This document shows, piece by piece, positions 20,739-30,541 of a stretch of DNA of 64,000 bases. The translations under genes and the position numbers were made by a program. Below the pieces are notes generated by a model that had not been told where the DNA came from, ran no database searches, and saw only the letters and a list, made by a program, of their open reading frames with translations. The DNA lies in assembly GCA_944320675.1 (NCBI GenBank), contig CALUIJ010000110.1:1019-65018 (forward strand), written 5' to 3'. The first letter of the stretch is position 1, and the number at the start of each line of letters is the position of its first letter. This DNA comes from an uncultured Prevotella sp. (GTDB taxonomy: Bacteria; Bacteroidota; Bacteroidia; Bacteroidales; Bacteroidaceae).

Positions 20739-22286
20739 ATGACTATGGTAAAAGCATTTGAGAATTTTGAAGTTTGGTTCATTACAGGAGCACAACTTCT
20801 TTATGGAGGCGAGGCAGTCGCACAAGTCGACGGCCACTCAAAGGAAATGGTTGACGGACTTAACGATTCAGGCAGACTGCCCGTCAAAGTCGTATATAAG
20901 GGAACAGCCAATAGCAGCAAAGAAGTGGCTGAACTGTTCGCAGCCGCGAATAACGACAAAAAATGCATCGGTGTCATAACATGGATGCACACTTTCTCAC
21001 CGGCAAAGATGTGGATCCACGGCCTACAGATACTGCACAAGCCCCTGCTCCACTTACACACCCAGTTCAACGCCGAGATTCCATGGGACTCTATCGACAT
21101 GGACTTCATGAACCTGAACCAAAGCGCACATGGCGATCGTGAGTTCGGCCATATCATAGCACGCATGCGCCTGCGCCGCAAGCTCGTCGTAGGCTATTGG
21201 AAAGAGGCTAAGACACAAGACCACATTGCCGTTTGGGAACGTGTTTGCGCAGCTTGGGCCGACGCACAAGACATGCTCATCATACGTTTCGGCGACCAGA
21301 TGAACAACGTGGCCGTAACCGACGGCGACAAGGTGGCAGCCGAGCAAGTATTGGGATACCACGTTGACTATTGCCCGTTCAGCGAGGTTCTCGAATATTA
21401 CAAGAACCTTAAGGATGAAGACATCAACGCACTCGTCGAAACATACTTCAAGGAATACGAGCATGACGCAGAACTTGAAGACAAGTCGACCGTTGCGTAT
21501 AAGAAGGTATGGAACGCAGCCAAGGCCGAACTCGCCCTGCGTGCAATCCTGAATGAAAAGGGTGCCAAAGGTTTCACCACAAACTTTGACGACCTCGGCG
21601 ATGTAGACGTAGAGAACTCAGGCATGGGCTTCGACCAGATTCCGGGCCTTGCTTCACAGCGCCTCATGGCGGAAGGCTACGGCTTCGGAGCAGAAGGCGA
21701 CTGGAAATCGGCCGCACTCTACCGTACCGTATGGTTCATGACGCAAGGCATGGAGAACGGATGTTCGTTCCTCGAAGACTACACGCTTAACTTCAACGGC
21801 GAGCAAAGTGCCATACTCCAGTCGCACATGCTCGAGGTCAGCCCGCTCATCGCCGCATCGAAGCCACGCTTGGAAGTACACTTCCTCGGAATCGGCGTAA
21901 GGAAGAGCGAGACCGCGCGCCTCGTATTCACGTCGAAGGTGGGCAAGGGTGTCACCGCCACCGTGGTCGACATGGGCAACCGCTTCCGTATGATTGTGAA
22001 CGACGTTGACTGCATCGAACCGAAACCGCTACCCAAACTGCCCGTTGCGTCGGCATTGTGGATACCCCAGCCAAACTTCGAGGTTGGTGCAGGCTGCTGG
22101 ATTTACGCAGGCGGCACTCACCACAGCTGTTTCTCTTACGACCTTACCGACGAATACTGGCAGGACTACGCCGAGATTGCAGGCATCGAGGCCGTATTCA
22201 TCAACAATGACACCACGGTCGACAACTTCCGCAAGGAGCTACGCTTCAACGAAGTTTATTACATGCTCAACAAGGCGTTAAACTAA
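20739..22286 (+). CDS. araA: L-arabinose isomerase
   Basis: WMHTFSPAKMW, MNLNQSAHGDREF, GFGAEGDWK, HMLE, AGGTHH. Confidence 0.96.
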   Translation: MTMVKAFENFEVWFITGAQLLYGGEAVAQVDGHSKEMVDGLNDSGRLPVKVVYKGTANSSKEVAELFAAANNDKKCIGVITWMHTFSPAKMWIHGLQILHKPLLHLHTQFNAEIPWDSIDMDFMNLNQSAHGDREFGHIIARMRLRRKLVVGYWKEAKTQDHIAVWERVCAAWADAQDMLIIRFGDQMNNVAVTDGDKVAAEQVLGYHVDYCPFSEVLEYYKNLKDEDINALVETYFKEYEHDAELEDKSTVAYKKVWNAAKAELALRAILNEKGAKGFTTNFDDLGDVDVENSGMGFDQIPGLASQRLMAEGYGFGAEGDWKSAALYRTVWFMTQGMENGCSFLEDYTLNFNGEQSAILQSHMLEVSPLIAASKPRLEVHFLGIGVRKSETARLVFTSKVGKGVTATVVDMGNRFRMIVNDVDCIEPKPLPKLPVASALWIPQPNFEVGAGCWIYAGGTHHSCFSYDLTDEYWQDYAEIAGIEAVFINNDTTVDNFRKELRFNEVYYMLNKALN

Positions 22287-22361
22287 TTAAGGATTAAGAG
22301 TTAAGAATTAAGAAAACCGATTGTATTTCATATAATTGGTTTTCTTAATTCTTAACTCTTA
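22284..22361. repeat. Heptamer-armed hairpin, copy 2 (araA-araB)
   Basis: 24-bp perfect stem TAAGAGTTAAGAATTAAGAAAACC / GGTTTTCTTAATTCTTAACTCTTA; array begins at the araA stop codon. Confidence 0.9.
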
Positions 22362-22393
22362 TTTATTTTCAAACCCAAGAAATTTATAAGATT

Positions 22394-24073
22394 ATGCAAA
22401 AATATGTAATCGGACTCGACTACGGAAGCGACTCCGCACGCGCCCTCGTAGTCAATGCTGAGACAGGCGAAATACTCGCCACCAGCGTTAAATATTACCC
22501 GCGTTGGAAAAAAGGATTATATTGCAATCCTAAAATAAACCAGTGGCGCCAGCACCCCAAAGACTATCTTGAAGTACTCGAGGCTACCGTGACCGACGCG
22601 CTCAGCCAATGCGCCAAAGGCGTAGCCGAGAACGTAGTCGGCATAGCTTTCGACACGACCGGCTCAACCCCGGCGTTCACCGACGAAAGCGGTACGCCGT
22701 TGGCCATGCTGCCCGAATTCGCCGAGAATCCCAACGCCATGTTCGTGCTTTGGAAAGACCACACGGCCGTTAAGGAGGCCGAGGAAATCAACGCCGCATG
22801 CGCAAAGTCGGACGTCAACTACGCAAAGTACGAAGGCGGCATCTACTCAGCCGAATGGTTTTGGGCAAAGGCACTCCACATCCTGCGCGAAGACCCCGAA
22901 ATAGCGAAGAAGGCATACTCGATAGTTGAATATTGCGAATGGCTCCCGGCCGTGCTTACAGGCGTTAAATCATCAAAGGACATCGTGCGCAGCCGCTGCG
23001 CCTGCGGCCACAAGGCCATGTGGCACAAGGAATGGGGAGGACTGCCTTCGGAAGAGTTCCTTACCTCGGTAGACCCGAAGCTTGCGGGATTCCGCGACAG
23101 GCTCTTCACCGAGACTGAAACCGCAGACAAACCCGTAGGCCACCTGTGCAAGGAATGGGCGCAGAGGCTCGGCCTCAGCGAGAACGTCGTAGTGGCTGGC
23201 GGCGCATACGACTGCCACATGGGCGCAGTAGGCGCAGGAGTAACGCCCCACACTCTCGTAAGGGTGATCGGCACCTCTACGTGCGACGTAATGGTAGCCT
23301 CGTATGACGAGATAGGCACGAAATGCATAAAGGGCATCTGTGGCCAGGTTGACGGCAGCGTAATCCCAGGCATGGTCGGTCTTGAGGCAGGCCAGTCAAG
23401 CTTCGGCGACGTTTACGCCATGTTCAGGCGCATACTTGAATTCCCTGTAAGAAACATCCTTCCGCAAGCCATCGGCGACAAACTCGGTAAGGAAGACGTT
23501 GACAAGATTGTCGAGGACACATGCGATAAAATCATTGTCAAACTTACCGAAGAAGCCGAGAAGATACCCGTAAGCGAAAGCACCATGATAGCAACCGACT
23601 GGATTAACGGCCGCCGCACTCCCGATGCTAACCAGCTGCTTAAGGGGACTATCGCAGGCTTCACCCTCGGCACCACCGCACCGCAAGTGTTCCGCGCCCT
23701 CGTGGAAGCCACGGCGTTCGGCACGAAAGCCATCGTCGACAGGTTTGAGGAGGAAGGTGTCGTCATCGACAATGTTATCGGCATCGGTGGCATTGCCCTG
23801 AAGTCGCCTTTCGTAATGCAGACCATGTGCGACGTTATAAACAAGCCGATAAAAGTATGCAACACCGACCAGGCATGCGCCCTCGGCGCAGCCATGTTCG
23901 CCGCAACGGCGGCCGGCGTTTATGCAAAGGTTGAAGACGCCATAGAGAAGATGAACAGCGGATTCTCTAAGGAATACAAGCCGCAGCCTGACAACGTAAA
24001 GGCTTATGCCGAGATATATAAAGATTATGTAAAACTCGGAGCGTTCACCGAAAAAGAGCTTTTCGGTAAATAG
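22394..24073 (+). CDS. araB: Ribulokinase
   Basis: IGLDYGSDSAR, FDTTGST, LWKDHTA, EAGQS.FGD, DWINGRRTP. Confidence 0.93.
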   Translation: MQKYVIGLDYGSDSARALVVNAETGEILATSVKYYPRWKKGLYCNPKINQWRQHPKDYLEVLEATVTDALSQCAKGVAENVVGIAFDTTGSTPAFTDESGTPLAMLPEFAENPNAMFVLWKDHTAVKEAEEINAACAKSDVNYAKYEGGIYSAEWFWAKALHILREDPEIAKKAYSIVEYCEWLPAVLTGVKSSKDIVRSRCACGHKAMWHKEWGGLPSEEFLTSVDPKLAGFRDRLFTETETADKPVGHLCKEWAQRLGLSENVVVAGGAYDCHMGAVGAGVTPHTLVRVIGTSTCDVMVASYDEIGTKCIKGICGQVDGSVIPGMVGLEAGQSSFGDVYAMFRRILEFPVRNILPQAIGDKLGKEDVDKIVEDTCDKIIVKLTEEAEKIPVSESTMIATDWINGRRTPDANQLLKGTIAGFTLGTTAPQVFRALVEATAFGTKAIVDRFEEEGVVIDNVIGIGGIALKSPFVMQTMCDVINKPIKVCNTDQACALGAAMFAATAAGVYAKVEDAIEKMNSGFSKEYKPQPDNVKAYAEIYKDYVKLGAFTEKELFGK

Positions 24074-24153
24074 GCCTGGCAACAGAGACACTTGCTTAAC
24101 GCCCGTTTTATATTATTGGCGACTGCTAAAAATCTTAGCAGGAAATAAAGGCC

Positions 24154-24330
24154 AAAGGGTATATCATAAATCTGGAGTTATCAGTAGTTAACAGGAGTTA
24201 AGCTCGTTTCATCCGCCGGAGTTAACGGACAATGCCATATTACAACAACTTAGCATTCGTCCGTTAACTCCCATTAACTCCGACGCGAAGCGTCTGACTC
24301 CTATTAGCTACTTTTTGATACGCCCTCTTT
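24154..24330. mobile_element. MITE-like palindromic element with 10-bp periodic arms
   Basis: TCTGGAGTTA TCAGTAGTTA ACAGGAGTTA arm; inner stem GGAGTTAACGGAC / GTCCGTTAACTCC; imperfect outer IR GGGTATATCATAAA / TTTTTGATACGCCC; second copy at 8447-8593. Confidence 0.55.
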
Positions 24331-24455
24331 CCGTTATTCCAGTTTTTCACTCCGTTTCATATCTGCCTGGGAAAAGTTGTTTTACAAGCTTTGTGTAATT
24401 CCAAAGTTCCTGTAATTGAGTTATGTTAGTTCCTTTTTACCACGGCACTACCCCC

Positions 24456-25058
24456 TTATGCATACTCACCGTTGTCAACATTCTTGATCACCCTGCACGG
24501 ATTGCCCACGGCTACGCAATTATCGGGAATAGAGCGGGTAACAACGCTGCCTGCGCCTATGACGCTGTTGCGCCCGATTGTCACTCCGGGCAATATCACC
24601 ACACCGCCGCCGATCCACGCACCGTCGCATATTTTCACGGGCAGGGCATACGTAAGGCAAAACTCGCAGTCGTCAGAGCCGTCGTCGGGGAGTATGCGCT
24701 CGGCGTATTTCGTAGAGTGTGTGGCGGTGTAAATCTGCACGTTGGAGGCTATGAGCACGTCGTTGCCTATCTCGATGATGTTGTTGTCTACGAAAGTGCA
24801 GTTCATGTTGATTATCACCCGGTCGCCTATCAGTATGTGGCGGCCGTACTCGCAGTGGAAGTCTACGTCGATATGCACGCGCCGTCCCACTCTGCCGAAC
24901 AGTTGGCGGAATATCTTCCGTTTTGCTTCCGTGTCGGTATAGTCGGTGTCGTTAAGTTCGCGCGTCAGGCGTTTAGCCCTTGCCGCAATAGCAGCTATCT
25001 CTGGGTCTCCGCCGTAAAACGGCTCTCCTGCGAGGCATTTTTCAAGTTCTGTCTTCAT
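24456..25058 (-). CDS. Sugar O-acetyltransferase (Maa/LacA family)
   Basis: Mac-type N-terminus, CEYG, hexapeptide repeats, VAVGNPCRVIK. Confidence 0.9.
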   Translation of the reverse strand: MKTELEKCLAGEPFYGGDPEIAAIAARAKRLTRELNDTDYTDTEAKRKIFRQLFGRVGRRVHIDVDFHCEYGRHILIGDRVIINMNCTFVDNNIIEIGNDVLIASNVQIYTATHSTKYAERILPDDGSDDCEFCLTYALPVKICDGAWIGGGVVILPGVTIGRNSVIGAGSVVTRSIPDNCVAVGNPCRVIKNVDNGEYA

Positions 25059-25096
25059 GATTTAATTGAGGATTGATTATTGAGAATATAAAAACG

Positions 25097-25135
25097 AAAA
25101 AACGGACGGCACGTATGTTTACTACGGCCGTCCGT
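25097..25135 (-). terminator. Terminator-like hairpin after the TSCPD gene
   Basis: ACGGACGGC / GCCGTCCGT stem preceded by an A run (T run on the minus strand). Confidence 0.55.
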
Positions 25136-25139
25136 ATGA

Positions 25140-25403
25140 TTATAAGCCATTGTTTTGCTTAAGTTGCTCTATGGCCTTGCATAATTGGTCGGGGCAACTG
25201 GTGTTTTTGCTTCCGCAACGTATGCCTTTTAGCTTCCGTCCTACCTCGTCGATGTTCATTCCCTTTACAAGCGAACATATACCCTGCAGGTTGCCGTTGC
25301 ATCCGCCGGTGAAGCTTACGTTGCTTATCCTGTTGTTGTCGTCTACTTCCAAGTCGATCAACTTGCTGCAAGTACCCGACGTAACGTATGATACTTTTTT
25401 CAT
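25140..25403 (-). CDS. TIGR03905-family TSCPD-domain protein
   Basis: GTCS, FTGGCNGNLQG, GIRCG...TSCPDQL. Confidence 0.9.
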   Translation of the reverse strand: MKKVSYVTSGTCSKLIDLEVDDNNRISNVSFTGGCNGNLQGICSLVKGMNIDEVGRKLKGIRCGSKNTSCPDQLCKAIEQLKQNNGL

Positions 25404-25426
25404 AAGAACCGTACTACCCTATCCTC

Positions 25427-26155
25427 TTATTCTTCGGGCTTCATGTTGGTATAAACGTTCTGCACGTCGTCGTCGTCCTCAAGCAAGTCGACCATCTTGT
25501 CGATAGCCGCACGCTCTTCAGGCGTAACATCCTTAAGGTCGTTAGGTATGCGGGTGAACTCGGCACCCGTAACCTCGAATCCGTTTTCCTCAAGGTGCTT
25601 CTGTATCTCGCCGAAGCTCTTCGGGTCGCCGTAGATGGTTATTTCGCCTGACTCTTCGTCAACGTCATACTCGTCTTCAACACCGTAATCAATAAGGTCA
25701 AGGATAAGTTCGTCCATGTCGAGCCCATCCTTTTTCTTAAATGTGAACACGCACTTGTGGTCGAACAGGAACGAAAGACTGCCCATTGTTCCCAAGTTGC
25801 CGTTGAACTTATTGAATATGGCACGCACGTTGCCTACTGTGCGCGTGGTGTTGTCCGTGGCGGCATCTACAAATATGGCTATGCCATGAGGGCCGTATCC
25901 CTCGTACGTAACTTCCTTGTATTCGCTCTGGTCTTTGCCCATAGCGTTCTTAATCGCACGCTTTACGTTTTCCAATGGCATGTTCTCACGCTTTGCGTTG
26001 AGTATTATCGAGCGCAAATGCGGATTGTTGTCAGGGTCGGGACCACCGGCTTTCACTGCTATGGCAATCTGCTTGCCAATCTTTGTAAACGTCCTGGCCA
26101 TATGGCCCCATCTTTTCAATTTCGTAGCTTTACGATATTCAAATGCTCTTCCCAT
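25427..26155 (-). CDS. YebC/PmpR family protein
   Basis: MGRAFEYRK start, YEGYGPHG, TDNTTRT, DDDDVQNVYTN. Confidence 0.95.
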   Translation of the reverse strand: MGRAFEYRKATKLKRWGHMARTFTKIGKQIAIAVKAGGPDPDNNPHLRSIILNAKRENMPLENVKRAIKNAMGKDQSEYKEVTYEGYGPHGIAIFVDAATDNTTRTVGNVRAIFNKFNGNLGTMGSLSFLFDHKCVFTFKKKDGLDMDELILDLIDYGVEDEYDVDEESGEITIYGDPKSFGEIQKHLEENGFEVTGAEFTRIPNDLKDVTPEERAAIDKMVDLLEDDDDVQNVYTNMKPEE

Positions 26156-26180
26156 ACTGATTTTTTATATTTAAAATTTA

Positions 26181-26314
26181 AATTAAGAATCAAGAGTGAA
26201 GAAACGAAGTTCTGCGTTAAGGCTGATTAAAAGAAACGGCCTCTCTCCCGCCGGATGCTTCCATAAATTAGGTATGGACACCGTATCTTAAAATCTTAAC
26301 TCTTAATTCTTAAC
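26181..26314. repeat. Heptamer-armed hairpin, copy 3 (pheT-yebC), long loop
   Basis: AATTAAG AATCAAG AGTGAAG ... TCTTAAC TCTTAAT TCTTAAC. Confidence 0.75.
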
Positions 26315-26319
26315 CCACT

Positions 26320-28782
26320 TTACCTCAATTCTGCTTTCAACTCTTTCTTCAAATTGGCTATCAGCTTGTTCATCATTACGTCTATCTGCTTGTCGTTGAG
26401 CGTCTTTTCCTCATCCTGCAGAATGAAGTTTACGGCATAGCTCTTCTTGCCTTCGGGCAGGTTCTTGCCTTCATACACGTCAAACAGTTCAACGCTCTTA
26501 AGATACTTCTTCTCCGTCTGTCGGGCTACGCGCTCAATCTCGCTGAACTGCACATTCTTGTCAAGGAGCAGGGCGAGGTCGCGACTTACGGCCGGATACT
26601 TGCTAATCTCGCGGAAACTTACAGTCTTATTGCCGACTGCCTTAACCAAAGTATTCCAATGGATGTCGGCGTAATAAACTTCGTTGTCTATTCCGAATTT
26701 CTTCAACTGTTTCTTGCTCAAGACACCAAGCTCGGCGAACACCTTACCGTTCCTGTCCTCTAACGACATGGCCGTAGCAAAGACATCGTTGTCGCTCTTC
26801 TTCGCCACAACCAAACCAGCCGCCAAGCCTACGCGCCGGAATATGTTGTCGACATACGCCTTCAGTTCATAGAAAGACGAGTCCTCGTCTGGATGCGCCC
26901 AACTGCCGGCAACACGCTTTCCTGTAACCCAAAGCCCTATATGCTTCTCTTCCCTGTACGCGGCCATCGGATTGTCGTGGTTCTGCTTCTCCGGCAAGAA
27001 CTTATATATGTTGCCAACCTCGAAGAACCTCAGGTTAGGATTCTTACGGTTAACGTTATAGGCGATGCTTTCCAATCCGCCGAAGAGCAGCGTGGCACGC
27101 ATCACGTTAAGGTCGGAGCTTAACGGATTCATTATCCGTACAAGGTTCTCGGTATTATAATGGTTCAATCCTTCGTAATAAGCGGCTTTCGTCAGCGAAT
27201 TGTTCAATATCTCGTTAAAGCCGCAACCTACGAGCTGTTCGCCGACGATGTTCTCCAACTTATGCTTGTTGTCCTCTTCGCCTTTTATAACGAGCGAACT
27301 TTTGAGCTGTGTCGGTATTTCCACATTGTTATATCCGTATATGCGGAGAATATCTTCAACCACGTCGCACGGACGTTGCACGTCGACACGGTAAGGAGGC
27401 ACGCTCAGTTCAAGTCCGTCGGCCGTCTCGCCGTCGATCCTCATGTCGAGGCTTGTCACGATAGCTTTCACCATATCGGCCGGTAAGTCCTTACCTATCA
27501 AGCTGTTTACATAGTCATACTTCAACGATACCTTGAAGCCTTGCATAGGTTCGGGATAAACGTCATTTATCTCCATCGACACTTTGCCGCCGGCCAACTC
27601 CTTGCACATTATGGCGGCCTGCTTCAAGGCGTAAATCACTCCGTCGGGATCGATGCCGCGCTCGAAGCGGAACGACGCATCAGTGCTCAAGCCATGACGG
27701 CGTGCGCTCTTGCGTATCCATGTAGGATGGAAATAAGCGCTCTCGAGCACTACGTTCTTCGTCGTTTCGTACGTGCCGCTGCCTTTTCCGCCGAACACGC
27801 CGGCTATACACATGGCGTCGTTCTCGTTGCAGATGGCAAGGTCGTGCGAGCCCAGCTTATGTTCCACTCCGTCGAGCGTGACGAACGGCGTGCCCTCGGG
27901 CATGGTCTTAACGATGATGTGGTGGCCGTCGACCATGTCGGCGTCGAAGCAATGCAAAGGCTGACCGTAGGCCATCATTATATAATTGGTAATGTCGACG
28001 ATGTTGTTTATCGGACGCAAACCTATCGTGCGCAACCTCTCCTGCAGCCATTCGGGACTTTCCTTGACTTCGCAACCTGTGATGCTTACGCAGGCGTAGC
28101 GTTTGCAGGCATCGTTGTTCTCGATGGTCACGTCTATCGGCAGCGCATTGTCGTCCACGCTGAACGCTTCGCAACCGGGACGGTGCAGCGACGTCTCGTA
28201 ACCGTTGCGCACGAGCCAAGCGTAAAGGTCGCGCGCCACTCCCCAGTGCGACAAAGCGTCGGCGCGGTTGGCCGTAATGTCAATTTCTATCAACCAGTCG
28301 CTTTCCAAGTTGTAATACTCTGCGGCCGGCTGGCCTACGGGAGCATCCTCGGGCAGTACTATTATGCCGTCGTGGCTCGTGCCTACGCCTATTTCGTCCT
28401 CTGCGCAAATCATGCCGAAGCTTTCAACGCCGCGGAGTTTAGATTTCTTTATGACAAACTCCTTGTCGCCGTCGTAAAGCACGCAGCCCAAGTCGGCCAC
28501 GATGACTTTCTGTCCGGCAGCCACGTTGGGAGCGCCGCAAACAATCTGCGATGGCGTCTCGCGACCCAAGTCAACAGTAGTAACATGTAAATGGTCTGAG
28601 TTTGGATGAGGTTCACACGTCAGCACTTTTCCGACGTACAATCCTTTAAGTCCGCCTTTGACGCCTTGCACCTCCTCAAGCGAATCCACTTCGAGACCGA
28701 CCGACGTCAGGGCATCGCAAACCTCTTGCGGCGTAAGGTTGAAATCTACATAATCCTTAAGCCATTTATAAGAAATATTCAT
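26320..28782 (-). CDS. pheT: Phenylalanine-tRNA ligase beta subunit
   Basis: MNISYKWL start, IVCGAPNV, DITANRAD, RFERG, C-terminal FDX-ACB (RDLALL); promoter boxes at 28824-28855 support the 28782 start. Confidence 0.97.
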   Translation of the reverse strand: MNISYKWLKDYVDFNLTPQEVCDALTSVGLEVDSLEEVQGVKGGLKGLYVGKVLTCEPHPNSDHLHVTTVDLGRETPSQIVCGAPNVAAGQKVIVADLGCVLYDGDKEFVIKKSKLRGVESFGMICAEDEIGVGTSHDGIIVLPEDAPVGQPAAEYYNLESDWLIEIDITANRADALSHWGVARDLYAWLVRNGYETSLHRPGCEAFSVDDNALPIDVTIENNDACKRYACVSITGCEVKESPEWLQERLRTIGLRPINNIVDITNYIMMAYGQPLHCFDADMVDGHHIIVKTMPEGTPFVTLDGVEHKLGSHDLAICNENDAMCIAGVFGGKGSGTYETTKNVVLESAYFHPTWIRKSARRHGLSTDASFRFERGIDPDGVIYALKQAAIMCKELAGGKVSMEINDVYPEPMQGFKVSLKYDYVNSLIGKDLPADMVKAIVTSLDMRIDGETADGLELSVPPYRVDVQRPCDVVEDILRIYGYNNVEIPTQLKSSLVIKGEEDNKHKLENIVGEQLVGCGFNEILNNSLTKAAYYEGLNHYNTENLVRIMNPLSSDLNVMRATLLFGGLESIAYNVNRKNPNLRFFEVGNIYKFLPEKQNHDNPMAAYREEKHIGLWVTGKRVAGSWAHPDEDSSFYELKAYVDNIFRRVGLAAGLVVAKKSDNDVFATAMSLEDRNGKVFAELGVLSKKQLKKFGIDNEVYYADIHWNTLVKAVGNKTVSFREISKYPAVSRDLALLLDKNVQFSEIERVARQTEKKYLKSVELFDVYEGKNLPEGKKSYAVNFILQDEEKTLNDKQIDVMMNKLIANLKKELKAELR

Positions 28783-28887
28783 TGCAACTCGTTGTTTTTT
28801 GTTGTTCCTTTTCCAATCGAGCGCAAAAGTAATAAATTTTGCCCATCCACACAAACTTTAAGCCAAAAACTGTTCAGCTGTTCACGG

Positions 28888-29047
28888 CAGACGAGTTTTT
28901 CAACAGACGAGTTTTTCAACAGACGAGCAGACAAGTGACGAGCAAACAAGTGACGAGCAGACAAGGAGATCAGCTTTATTACCTGTTACATCCTCGTTTA
29001 CTATCAACTTGTCTGCTTGTCTGCTCGTCACTTGTCTGCTTGCCTGC
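28888..29047. repeat. Hairpin with tandem 16-bp and 15-bp (7+8) repeat arms
   Basis: CAGACGAGTTTTTCAA x2, GACGAGCAGACAAGT x3 (one mismatch each in copies 2 and 3), inverted arm CTTGTCTGCTTGTCTGCTCGTCACTTGTCTGCTTGCCTGC. Confidence 0.85.
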
Positions 29048-29053
29048 AAAAAA

Positions 29054-29479
29054 TCACAAGGCGGCCTTCAAAGCTTCAGCCATGTCGGCATACTCTTTGT
29101 CAGTAAGATAAACCTCTTGCGGATTCATACGGAACACGCCGCCGAAATCAGGACCGCCCTCGTATTTGGGAACAAGGTGGAAATGGAGGTGCGACAGCGT
29201 GTCGGAATAAGCTCCGTAATTAATCTTGACGGGATTAAACACCTTCTGCATCGCGCGTGTCACCCTTGCCACGTCGGCCATGAACGCATTACGCTCGTCG
29301 TCGCCCAGCTGGTTAAGGTCGTCCACGTGGTCCTTGTAGGCCACAAGGCAACGCCCGTGGTAAGTCTGCTCCTTGAAGATGAACAAACGTGAAACACTCA
29401 GTTTTGCAACCTCGATCATAAGGTTGTGCTGCGTCTCATTGTTTTGACAATAAAGACAATCTTTCGGATCACTTTTCAT
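29054..29479 (-). CDS. HIT family protein
   Basis: CLYC and HLHFHLVP histidine triad; -7 box at 29549-29556. Confidence 0.92.
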   Translation of the reverse strand: MKSDPKDCLYCQNNETQHNLMIEVAKLSVSRLFIFKEQTYHGRCLVAYKDHVDDLNQLGDDERNAFMADVARVTRAMQKVFNPVKINYGAYSDTLSHLHFHLVPKYEGGPDFGGVFRMNPQEVYLTDKEYADMAEALKAAL

Positions 29480-30541
29480 TTTATATATTTTGATTTGTTT
29501 GAAACAGTTGCGCAGATATGCGCTGCTTGTTTTTCAGCCAATACTTTGCAAATATACGAAATTTCCACGAGCAAGCAATAAAATACGCATGGAAATAGCC
29601 AAACCGCCCCGGCGGGCCTCGGCGCACGGCGGCACGCAGGCGGTAAAAAAAGCAGGCGGGGCGGCGGATCACTTTGCCGCCGAATCAGCCGGCCAACTTA
29701 CACTTTGATTTCAGCTGACGCTCCAGAACGGCGTCATCCTGAAAAATCCGCCGGCCGTCCGCGTATGGACGAATCCAGAGCGTGCAAGTATAACACGCTG
29801 GGAGGATGTACGTTACGCCGAGCAATGCGTAAGGTGTGCATAAATAATCGGTAAAACAGCTGCATAATATCGGCCTTTATGGCGCAAAACGTCCGTATCA
29901 AACCGACAAACGACCGAGAAACCCGCACAAAAAAGCCATGTTTGTCATGGCAAAAGACCGCATTCCGGCATCTAACCGACAAGGTTTTGCGCTCCAAACA
30001 GGCACATTACTGACGGTAGGACAAAGCTAAACCGAAAAAGGAATCCTATTTCACCCGAAAATCCCGACATTCCCATTCTGACGAATTGAAAGCAATCAGC
30101 CCGATAAGCTGTCTTTCAGGCACAAGGCAGACGTGGATCCGGCCTAAGGCCGGCACCGCTAAACCCCAATCGGTCATTATAGCGCGGTGTCTCCATTTTT
30201 CCGCCTGCCACATGCTCTTCGTCTTACTTTATGTTCCTGCCGCCGCCTAAATTCCCGTTTTGCCTTGACGCGCTCCGCCACGCCTGCTGCGGAAACGGAA
30301 AGTTAGCCATCAGGCACGAACGAAAATAAGACTGAGGTCTAACGACCGATTCGGGTTAAAAAAGAATCCATACGACGAAAAGCCAGCGGTCTGCCGTCCG
30401 ACCGAAAAACTGCAAAAACGCACGGAGCACGAACAAAAACCTGCGCGCACGGCGTAACGCCAAGATAAAAAATAGCGGCAAAACACTTTTATTTGCGATA
30501 AAGTTTGTACTTTTGCACATAAGTTTATTTTTACGGAAAAA

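Noticed and set aside
28888-28966. Possible CRISPR array
   Set aside because: Units are 15-16 bp and directly tandem with no spacers, and no cas genes are present
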